From: Lingula anatina
Lineage: Eukaryota > Animalia > Brachiopoda
Length of the DNA stretch: 64,000 nucleotides
Reading direction: 5' to 3'
NCBI GenBank assembly: GCA_051362555.1
Contig: CM120645.1
Location: forward strand, 11,966,001-12,030,000
The position numbers were made by a program, and so were the translations under genes. Positions 13,001 to 23,500 of this stretch are shown piece by piece. How positions within the stretch are numbered: the stretch's first letter is position 1; the number at the start of each line of letters is the position of its first letter. The notes beneath the pieces are model-generated. The model did no database searches, was not told the DNA's origin, and saw only the letters and a list, made by a program, of their open reading frames with translations.

Positions 13001-13506
13001 GTAGATGGAAAATGTATCCCACTTAACCAAGTTTTTAATACACTTTCTGAGAAACATATTATGCAATACGAGGTATTGAACTTCGTTTTTACCTTGTTTT
13101 GAAATCACTTTTATAACACACAGCCCGTGCCGGCCGGGTTTTTAACTAGGTTTCTTCGTTACGTTAAAGTGAGTTTTAATATATCTGCATACAGAGAGCA
13201 ATGAGGATTCCTCGCTGTTAGCTTTATTTTAACGGTAACTACATGTTAGGAATTCCGCTGTGTTAACTAGGTCTAGACGACAGGACAACCGAGGGACAGT
13301 TCGTGTTCAGCGACGGCACCAAACTAGGGCAAGGGTCCTTCACCTACTGGGAACAGGGCAGTCCTTCCAAAAGTACGTTGGCCGACTGTGTGTTCATAGA
13401 TGGGAAGGGAGCTGGATACATGTGGAGAGATACCAGGTGTGAGGAGAGGAAAATGTTCAGCTGTGAAATTCGAGCAAAAATGATATCAACCTCCTTAATT
13501 GGCTGA
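10072..13506 (+). CDS. Gene 3: secreted 274-aa protein, signal peptide - Arg/Tyr/Trp-rich 4-Cys EMI-like hairpin - TSP1 - C-type lectin
   Basis: Exons 10072-10148 (MEDSSKKGIFLFLLVVLVYWVHFTQG), 10492-10593 (ACYPPRYGIQTRSTRQRYTTGCGFWGWGRCSRYR), 11420-11454 (YVTTYQCVFLA), 12077-12247 (TSP1 VDGGWGAWSHWSAC..), 12533-12736, 13271-13506 (CTL, ends MISTSLIG*). Total 825 nt, in frame, all junctions GT-AG. Confidence 0.8.
13123..13149 (+). mobile_element. Possible Helitron 3' end relic
   Basis: A GC-rich mini-hairpin cccgtgccggccggg is followed a few nt later by ctag, the typical Helitron 3' arrangement. No 5' end was identified. Confidence 0.3.
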
Positions 13507-13593
13507 TCCGTTTATTGATTCCTTTGCACCCAACGGATTTTGTTATGTTGTCGTGTTGTGAAAGCGCTCTTGTGTGTAGAATTGAATACAAAT

Positions 13594-13691
13594 CCCAACA
13601 GACAAACGACATTGATTCACCGTTGAATCAACGTTAATTTTGGTGGATCAACGCTGAATCAACGTAGAATCAGTGTCGTTTGCCTGCTGGG
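13594..13691. mobile_element. Short MITE with CCC termini (CMC/EnSpm-like) just 3' of the gene 3 stop
   Basis: cccaacagacaaacgacattgattc ... gaatcagtgtcgtttgcctgctggg. It is flanked on both sides by aat (putative TSD) and contains internal tgaatcaacg repeats. Confidence 0.7.
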
Positions 13692-14465
13692 AATGCTTTA
13701 TTTAAAAAGCAGAAGGACTGTTTTTAATCCAACTGCAACGCTCACAAGGCGTTTAAACATTGCTATGCCACTCAGTTTCTTATAATTTGCCGCACATGTT
13801 TGGCTAAATATTTGGTGACCATTGGTTTACTTGGTGACTTCTTTAGTTGTACTGATTATAAATCTGCCTATCCAATGTATAGGCTTTGCCTGTAGCACAA
13901 ATATTGTAACATAGTAAATCTATTCACAATTACAAAGTGAAACTTATATACTTTAAATAGTTAAATACTTACTCGCTGAATGCGTTTCTTCCATGTCTTT
14001 TTTATCCAAATTCTGTAATAAGGTTTATGCGTACATTGTATGGGCATCTTGTCTTTTTTAAACCCCGCGTTGTTTTAAATGAATCATTGTTACACTGTAG
14101 GTGCTTGACTTTCTACTGTAATTAGTATATCTATCGCTTATCATTACCATAATATCATATCCTTTGGCTAGTAAAGTAATAAAACACCTGAATGCATTGT
14201 ATCTTTGTTTGGCAGAAAATTCATATTTTATTTCAGAATGTATGCTGTAAAGGTTTAATGTGGATTGGATAAAATTAACCCAAGCTTATGTGTCAACCAT
14301 GCGTGAGCTAAACAATGTTTTATCTATATACATCGCCATTATATTGGGTTACTATATACACATGTATGAAAGCAAAAAAAAAAAAGCGAGCTGCTGTATT
14401 GTGAGCTGCTATTACTGTCATCTAGTCACCAAACAAGTCTTGGTCTCCGGAAAAGAGGCTATTCC

Positions 14466-14557
14466 CCTGAATAGCCTCATTCCCTGATGAAGATTTTCTG
14501 TCAGACATCGAAATATTGAGGTAAACTATTTCAATATTAAGCCGTTGATTGAAAATG
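14466..14557 (+). ncRNA. Dispersed repeat with hammerhead-like motif, copy 2
   Basis: tcattcc-CTGATGA-a-gattttctgtcagacatc-GAAA-tatt-gaggtaa, homologous to 6772-6870 (-). Confidence 0.4.
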
Positions 14558-14773
14558 AGTTACTTTATTCTTGCAAATAGTTATACTTGTAAAGTCAAAA
14601 CGTAAATGCTCAATTGCCTTTTGCCTTGTCTACATTCCTGTTGCTGCATAAACGTGTGATCTATAATGTTTGTCTTTAATTGTGTTATTATTCTATCACA
14701 CCAACGCATCTTTCGTTAAGGATACGGGACCTTGATGATTCATGTAAATTCACCGTATAGATCTTAATGAAAA

Positions 14774-14892
14774 TATAAGCATATTATTAATGATGCATCT
14801 CCGAAGATCTACTTTACAGATGTCAAATATTCACCGTATATTTGACATCTGTAAAGAAGATCTTCCGAGATGCATCAGTAATAATGCTTATA
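14774..14892. repeat. Long near-perfect inverted repeat (about 55-bp stem, 7-nt loop)
   Basis: ...tgatgcatctccgaagatctactttacagatgtcaaatat-tcaccgt-atatttgacatctgtaaagaagatcttccgagatgcatca... There are 3 mismatches in the inner 48 bp. Confidence 0.9.
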
Positions 14893-15185
14893 GATACGGG
14901 ACCTGAAATGGATATGAGGGAAATATGCATTCTTTCAGATATAGTCCTATAAGTTTCCTTTTTTCGGTCCAGTTTCTGTTGATTTGGTAAAATACGATAT
15001 AGTACGATGTATATAAAATATATGAGAGAGAGAGAGAGAATGAGAGGAAGAACTTTAAAACAAATGTGCGAGAAGGGTGCTTCCAGTTTTTATCTTTATT
15101 GTATGTCATCCAATATGTGATTTACGTCCACTTTCAAAAATGACAGCCATACGAGCAATACGATTGAAACGACAGCTTTGCCATT

Positions 15186-18100
15186 TTAACCAACAATAGG
15201 CGCGAGTGCATCTTTGGGTCTCAGTTCACAAATGAAGGGTTTTCTTTCCCAGCAAGGGGCGTCTTGCCACAGAAAAGTCCCACTTTTCCCACTCAAGTCA
15301 ACGCAATTGGTAAGGGAGCGAGCAGACGGAAATCCAGCGTCCCAGATGGTAAAACTACCAGTCCCTAGCTTGGTGCCACCGTTGCTCAAAGAACTACTGC
15401 CGCTTGTAGTGTCATCGCCTGGTTAGATAACAATAGTTGTTTTATACTGCCAGTTGTACTTAGGTTTGTAATTTTTATATCAAAATATCTTACAATAAAC
15501 CCATCGATGACCGGATAAAGTGCCGAGACGTTTTTGTAGCGCAGTTTTAAGCAATGCATTATTATCGTAATAGTTATTATTCTTATAGTTGTTGTTATTA
15601 TTTTTAGTATCTGACCGTCTAGACAAGCTTAAGTTAAGTTGTTGAGTGTTAACACTGTGTAGATTTACCTATCCAGTATTCAGTCGCTGTAGACAAGAAC
15701 CTGACCATGTTATGGTATTCGTATTTGTTCCTCATTGTCATCAGGCGGGACAGCGGAGACAGCGAGGCACACGCCTTCATGGACAGAAAATAACTGTATG
15801 CCTCTGTCTGTGGGTCAGAGATATACAGGCACAAGCTGTCGGTGACCTCAGTGAATCCAGCAGGACAGAGTTTGGCTGTAAACGGCAAAAAAAGAGAAGC
15901 ATAAAATGAAATAAATAATTAATAGTTTAAAAACGTATTTTTAGTTATCTAACGAGTCAGTAATATATTTCTCTGGCACAAAAGTGTCACCCCAAACGCA
16001 GTGCGAAAAGTGATGCAGAAAATCCTGTCATGAACTAATGTCATTTATTCAACTTCTAAAATGAATTGTGTCACAAAAGAATCACTGATTGTACAACCAA
16101 TGGATAACCTTACCATACAGTAAATAAATAAAAGCCAAAACTTAATATTCTGTATAGTATCACCTGACTGATAATTATGATACATACAAGCATATACCAG
16201 AATGCCAACCCTGTGTGCGTACCTGCCCGTTGACCAGCGTGTCCACATATTCCACACTGCATCACTCTAACATAAAATAATGCATCGAATTTAACGCTGT
16301 AAACGTACCTGGACACGGGGGACCTCTGCACGTTTCGACCTGAACTAATTGTCCTGGGCAGTCCTTGCCACCATTGGTTGGAGGTGGGCTATTACACGCC
16401 CTGTGTCTTGTTCTGTTGCCCTGACCACAGGTTTTACTGCACATTGACCAGTGTGTCCAGACACTCCAGGTCCCGTCCACTGTAATAGGAAACAAAGCCA
16501 AATACAGTTCTCTGTTTTATGGAAATTGAAGAGAAACAGAAGTCACGCACGTAATCACCGCCACGCTAAAGGAGAATGTAGTAAAGCACACTCTACATGT
16601 ATATCTGGTATAAACTAATGGTGTTTTGTAACGTGAATGTCAAACGTGTAAAATACTACAGGTTGAAATTTATCAGTTGATTCTTAATCAAATACTTGTG
16701 TTTTCGATGAAGCGATAGTGAATAATATATTATCATTGAAGGTGTGCAATCATTCTGGTATACAGCAATGTACTTCCAAGGCCACGTGTTGGTGTGTCCG
16801 CGTGACTGGAGTTATCATTCAATGTGAACTTTTTTGCTTATTTGCTTGAGTAAATGACACACTTCTACTTTAACATTAAACAGATAAGACATTGTAGTTA
16901 TGTCACTCACTAGGGCACTGTCCTGGGAAGCAGAGTTCGGTTTGTCGGTCAGCTCCAGGGCAGGGTTTACCTATGCCGACTGGAACTGGGTTATTGCACT
17001 GTCGGGTTCTATATCTTAATCCTTGTGCTCCACATGTAAGGGAGCACCGACTCCATGATCCCCACGATCCCCAAGCTCCGTTCACTTAAATTGAAACAGA
17101 TCGTTACCGTCTTATGTTACAGTGCTGCACTCATCGGTAATTGAGTAATAGTAGTAATAGAAACTTTTTTAAATAGTAAATAAGTAAATATCCTTACTCA
17201 TTGTGATTGTTTAATAACATATTCACAAAAATTGTATTCATATTGTCATTTTCATCCACACAAGTGGATGCATATGTTACAGTGGAATAAACTATAAACT
17301 ATAATACGTTTTAAGGGAGTATTACATACAAATAATCCATTTACAGCAGTTCCCACTAGGGATAAGTGTAACAAGAAAAGGACTCAAATAGCACAGAGAT
17401 TCGCCAAGGCAAGCCAAGTTTCATTAATTTTAATTAATTGAAATTATTAATCAAAGCATAGGTTTAGAGTCGAGCTATGTGTGATGCAGTACAATGATGT
17501 GCTGTAAAGAGCACGTGTAAAGCAAAATGGGCACATATATAATTAGCCCATACCTGTATTATATTCACACAAGAAGTTGGAATTGAGTTCACATGGGTAA
17601 TCATGCAGGTCTTTGCCCCCCATTACTTTAATTGCTATACAGTCTTCTAATCTTTCCGGATTTCCTGGTTCACCGGGGGACCATAAATTTCCCTCCACCT
17701 TGGTACCCTTGGAATACCAGATCCAGTAGCCGTTCCCCTGGGGTTCTCTTCCATCCACCCAAGTGGCCCACGTTTCGCCTGAAAACAGAAACAAACGTAC
17801 TACATGGTGCATTGGACTACTACACAAAACGAATGCGCTCTCGAAATGTTCATTACAGTTGGGAAATTCATACATTTAAGACCACAAATATACGAGACAG
17901 CAAACAAACAAAACTCAGTCAAAAAACCCATACTAGCGAAAAAATTGCTAACCGGCGTTTGCTATCAGATAGTTGTAAAAGGCATCTCTCCTTCTGGTTG
18001 TATCTGGTACACCTAAGTGAGCTCCCTCCCTCTCACATTGGAGGCGAGCCTGGTCCCACGATAGCTTGATATTCCGCTCATAACGCACACAAACAGAGTC

Positions 18101-18202
18101 GACCATTACATAGCGGGTTGGACAATATGCTCCAGTTATCCCGGGCGCCATAAAGCAGGAAAAGATAAACCACAGAAATATAGTTCTGTGACTGTCATCC
18201 AT
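15186..18202 (-). CDS. Gene 4: secreted 419-aa CTL-TSP1-TSP1-CTL protein, intact inverted paralog of gene 2
   Basis: Exons 18202-17953, 17778-17554 (EPG motif), 17084-16911, 16479-16309, 15875-15669, 15418-15186. Total 1260 nt, in frame. Signal peptide MDDSHRTIFLWFIFSCFMAPGITG; ends DALAPIVG*. Confidence 0.9.
16223..16256 (-). pseudogene. Relic of a duplicated TSP1 exon inside gene 4 intron 4
   Basis: ag|tg tgg aat atg tgg aca cgc tgg tca acg ggc ag|gtacgcacacagggttggcattc encodes WNMWTRWST, compared with WSVWTQWST in gene 2. The downstream donor region matches the start of gene 2 intron 4 (gtacgtgtacagggttggtattc). Confidence 0.6.
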
Positions 18203-19294
18203 TTCGGATAGTATGAAAAATATAGTGAGCCTAAAACAGCCATCAGTGTCCTTTTGCGTGATATTGTTACCTTACATCGATAGTGAGGCTACAGGTAAAA
18301 AATGCGACAATGATAACAGCTCTAAATGCTATCTTTACACTGGTAAAACAGCTGTGCTAGGATATCTTCGTTCAGATGCAATGCCTTTCGACAAGAACAA
18401 AGTCCTTGGCTCTTACTTAGACGTACATGTGGGATTGGCCTTAATTTTCATATGATCAGCTTCCAGTGTGTTAGCTGTAACTTTTTCTGATTATCAGATA
18501 CGTAGATTCAGCACATATAAAGCACAACAGGTACGTCCATTACGATATTCTTCAACATGGAATCGGTGCTTAAATGAGAACTGCAATAAAGAAAACATAA
18601 AATGCATTATTAATTTTGTTAATGATTTTCACTCTTTTTATGTTCGTGACTTAATTGGTGTCGAACACCGCCATTATTATTCTTAATCATGGTAACAAAT
18701 ACCCACAATCATATTGAAAATGGTTAGCTTAATATATGTGGTTTGTTAATTATTATTTACATTTATTTCTAATTAATATTTGTGGTTTCAGATTTTATTT
18801 ACTTTGTAAACAGCGCTGAGATGCATGTGTAGTGCCGCTTTAAGCGTTTGCCAAAAATTCCTTATCTCACCCACAACCCAGTGGGCAAAATACAGAATGG
18901 TATAGAATTTATGAAGCTAATTTATCATAGGGCTCTGTGCCTGTTGTGGAGGATGTCATGACACCAGGGAATTGTGGGTAGATTGAGGTACATGTATCCC
19001 ATAGTGTACCATTACAATTCCTAAAGGAACACGGAGCCCCAATTGGATTTGCCGAAAATGGGAAGAGTTAATTACCTGACATACTAAAAGCTGACGAGAA
19101 TTACCCAAGGTTATTGAAGGAAGAACAATAGTTTTAAACTGGTATAAAATTCATATTAAAAACAGAAAAGTACTTCCTTGGTGTTTTTCAAAACAGATTT
19201 TCAGCAGTTGGAATTAGCTGTCTAGAATAGATTTTAGCTTCAATTTTGTTTTTTTTTCCATCTGCTGTTTCAAGAATTGCTATCACATAATTTT

Positions 19295-19362
<68 letters not shown>

Positions 19363-21099
19363 TCTGTAAATGTCCATTAGATAATTTTAGTGCAGTTACA
19401 CGCTTTATTTATGGTCACCAAACTTGTTCACAAATCGGAGAGATAAAACATTAAGTCAGCTAGCATGGATGTCATAATAAGAATAAGGTGTTTCTAATAT
19501 GTTTAAAATGCTATGGATATGAAGTTAAAGAGACCTTTAAACTTTAAATATCTAGTCGCATATGTTAAACTAGATAAGATTTCCTCTGAATGTTCCAGTC
19601 CTACAGTGTTTTTTTTAAGTGGGGTTTACAATTATAAGATAGAGGTGCTTTATACTCGGCGCAGTCCATTTTACATCTCAGTGAAGCATATATAGTACCG
19701 CATCAAGTTTTTTTTAATCCCATCCCAATTATTATATGTAAGATGATTTTATATGTATCTGCTTAATAAAGAAAATCGTTTGTACATTTATTAAAATAAC
19801 ATTTTTGTCATTTCCTGTTCAATTTTGTACTTTAAGAAACAGTGTTTCTGTCATCGCGATCTGAACTCTCGTGACGCCACTGGTGACGTTAGCGGGCGGG
19901 GTCCTTGGCATGTCCAGCCTGCAAGAAATGCGCAAACCTTTTATTTGTTGATGGTGGATCGCAGAAAAATTGATTATGATCGAAGTAAAAAAGCTTGCAA
20001 AATAAAATCTCAAAGTTTTGGTTTAACAGGTATGTACGACACCAGCTGGTTGTATTTTTTTTTCGCGAAGTCGCACCCATCTTTTATGTCGTTCGACTAC
20101 CTTAGAGTTGCTCGAGTTAGACTTGCTGGCTTATTGATTTTTTCTGACTCAAGTGAAACTGCAGGTCATTGGTTATATATGATACCCGGTCAATTATCTT
20201 GTTTTGAATATGTTTTTAGTTCTCTCCAGCGTGTAGTTGAGCGGATGATTCATTGTCGTCAACAAACCTCTAGACAATTTATTAGTATAATTTATATAAC
20301 TGTCGTCTAAATTCTTGCACCATATATGTACATTACAGCATGAATTTGTTAAAAAAATACTTTTGGAAAAAGAATGATTCTATTTTTCCTAATAATGCTT
20401 GACAAAAACGTTTACATGAAAGTTTATCATTTGTTTTTTTTGTGTACTTGTAGTGTATATTTTATCAAGCACATCCAATGAACATGCAATTGTAACCTTT
20501 CAAATAAAGTAACAAACCGCAAAGACCAAAGAACAATTTCAGACCTATAAAGAATAATTGTTGATCAATGTTAGTCCATTAAGCGCCATTAAGTTTTGTG
20601 GTCCTCTATTTTGCTACTGAAATATGACCGCTCGAATTCATCGCTATCCTACTTTAGAAATGACACGTAAGATGACTGATTTTTATGTTGCTTAATGCTG
20701 ATGGTTGTTCAATCATACAGCCCCTTGAGACAATTTCATCGTGACTCAATGTCATTGATAAACATTCCAATGATACGTCAGTATTAGTAATTTGCGACTT
20801 ACATGCACATAGGATGTATGGGAACCAATAATGATGATTCTGTGACACTAAGTTAAAACGATGTACATTGTATTTATAGAGTTATATGTATACTCGATGA
20901 CAGATCTTTGTTCGGTTCGCCTAATGTAAAAACCATGTCTCGTTCGCATGTTAAACAGTGTCCGAAGGTTTTCGAGAGAAGGTAGCTAAAATGGAGAAGA
21001 ATCACGCCATACAGACTGTCATGGTCAGACCAGTAATGAACGTTTCTAAAGGACCGATTAGGCCTATCCGGAAAAGCGAGGTGGAGTTGTCATTTTACA

Positions 21100-21143
<44 letters not shown>

Positions 21144-23500
21144 AGACTGCCTGTGCACTTTTCAAAATCACTAATCTATAACCCATTATAATGATAATGA
21201 TGAAAGTATGATAATGACATTGCAATCGTATTCCGTTTGTGAAGATGAGTTATCACCGTAGCAACAAAATAGTAAGTAGCCAATGTGTCAGTTATCAGGG
21301 CTGTTGACGGAGGGAGCATTATAAACAGGCTACGCCAGTCTTTTCGATTGCATTACTTAGGTTGTTTTCAAACCTTTGCTTAATTGAATTGAATTCCGTT
21401 GATAGGGCGTGCATCTAAATAACTGCGTTTAAGCAGGGGGGGATTGAGGCCGTCTTCTGAGTCTTCTAGAAGACGGTCAGTTTTTCAAGTTTACATGTAC
21501 ATTGATGGGTATGTAATTTTTTCTGTCGGAATAAGGGTGGAGAGTTTGCTGTTTTTTCCTAATATTATGAAGGATTTAAGTTATATTTATTTTCCTTATA
21601 GTTGGCGTGATTGTGACGTATATGTATTTTCAACTTTGACTTTAAGTGATATCCAGATTGGTTTTAATATTATATTTTAACTAGTAGTGTATTTTGTTGT
21701 ACGTATTCATCAGAATTTCAAGTAATAAAAAAAACAGCATGGAAAATAGCTTTTTCTTACACGGCTATTACACAACTACCTTTGTCTGAAGCAGTTAAAG
21801 ATTTATTCCTTTAAATAATTGATGGACAACACATGCGTGTATATCTACGTTTGCAAAAGTTCCTGACTTGGGTATGCATTTGGGATTCATTTAGATTAAT
21901 TAAAGGAAATTAAATATAACAGTGGTCTTTACATTAAGACGTTGCAGTTACCAGTCTTGCTGTTTATTTAGGTTTGTGGACTCAGATAAAGTTACTTCTC
22001 ACCAATTCCAAACACCAAAACTGACAAAAGCTTTCAAAGTTTCAATACATGTTTTATTCAATTAAGTTTCTGCCCTCGAGCCACCGACTAAAAAATACTT
22101 TCTCCTCTTGTGACACTTCTCTTCAACAAAACTCATTCACATTTTAATGTACATAAAAAGCTTGGCTTTTCTATCACTCTTTTTTTAAACAATTCCGGAT
22201 ATACAGAATTATATACAACAAAGGCTTGCATGTAAATGCAATTTGAGATGACACTCTGCCTCAATTTATCATCTTAAATTGATATTTTTTTGCTCTACAT
22301 ATGCATTTTTGTGATAATGATAAATCAATTAAAGCTCTGAATTGAATTTTTTACTTATTTAGCTGAGAAAAACAGGTTTGCATACTAAAAATATACTGAG
22401 CAAAGGCTTCTATGTAATGTAACTCCCGATTATGCTACAACTGAGCATACACACACTGGACAATAGAAGTGTCACCCCTACTGAACCAATACTTTGGGGG
22501 AGATAAATGACTGTGGAATGTTATGCTTGTGGTATCATTTCATTAACATCAAATTTCACAAAAAAAGACCAACAACAGAATTCCATGGTACAGCGGCTTA
22601 TGTATATAAACGCATGGAGGTCATTTTTACGTGAAGGGCTCAGTAAAACATATAAGTTAGATCTACTTGTACACTCATTCAAAATGAGACAGAAGTTGGT
22701 CGACTGAAAAAAAAAACGGATTGACACGTAGAAAATATTCGTCCTTTATAAGAATGTGAGGGAAACATAACGCAATGAAACTCAAAAATATCCAGACCAG
22801 TAGTTCATTACTTTGAGTTTAATTTGAATGATATGTTGCTTGCATGTGACATATAATAGCTGAGAGAATCCCGATCTAGATGTATATATACATGCATTTG
22901 AATTGTGTGAGTACGTACATTGTGTTTGTCTGTGTGTTGGGGGGGGGGGGGGGGGGGGGTTAGCAATATAATAATTTCCCTTTCTTTGTGAGATAAAGCA
23001 TCCAAATGCAAATAAGGGAAGGGGGGCAGATGACTTAGCATCATAAATATTACAATACATAAAACATTCCAATAACACTGAGAGACAGTAATGCTGAACA
23101 TGAGCAGGAGGGAGTTAAAATCAATCATCTAATGGGACTATAAACAGGCGTTTTCCATTTATTTGTTTGTTTACTTATTTATTTTCATCGCAATAACATG
23201 TGATATTTTGGTTGCAAATGATGGCCGTAAATACAAAACCTTGTTAGCGTCACTTACAAGGTGAGATAAAAAAGGTTTTCCGTGTTCCTCTTTGATTATG
23301 GGGGATGTTATTTATGTTACGTTGCATCGTGTTATTAGGCTTGGGACTATTTTGGAATAAGTACACAGAGAACCAAGCCATTTCTGCTGAGTTGAAATTA
23401 CAAAATAGGTGAAGCAAATCGTAGTTTCACGATTTATGAGATAATTGTTCATTCAATAAGGAATATGTATAGCTGTTTTAATCTTTTCCAGACAGAACTA

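Noticed and set aside
18925-19090. Relatively GC-rich block conserved with 34720-34885 that could be an exon
   Set aside because: The reading frame is not preserved between the two copies, and the similarity is explained by the segmental duplication.
19825-20310. 161-aa ORF
   Set aside because: It has no recognisable domain, starts at a non-ATG codon and is not conserved in duplication unit 2.
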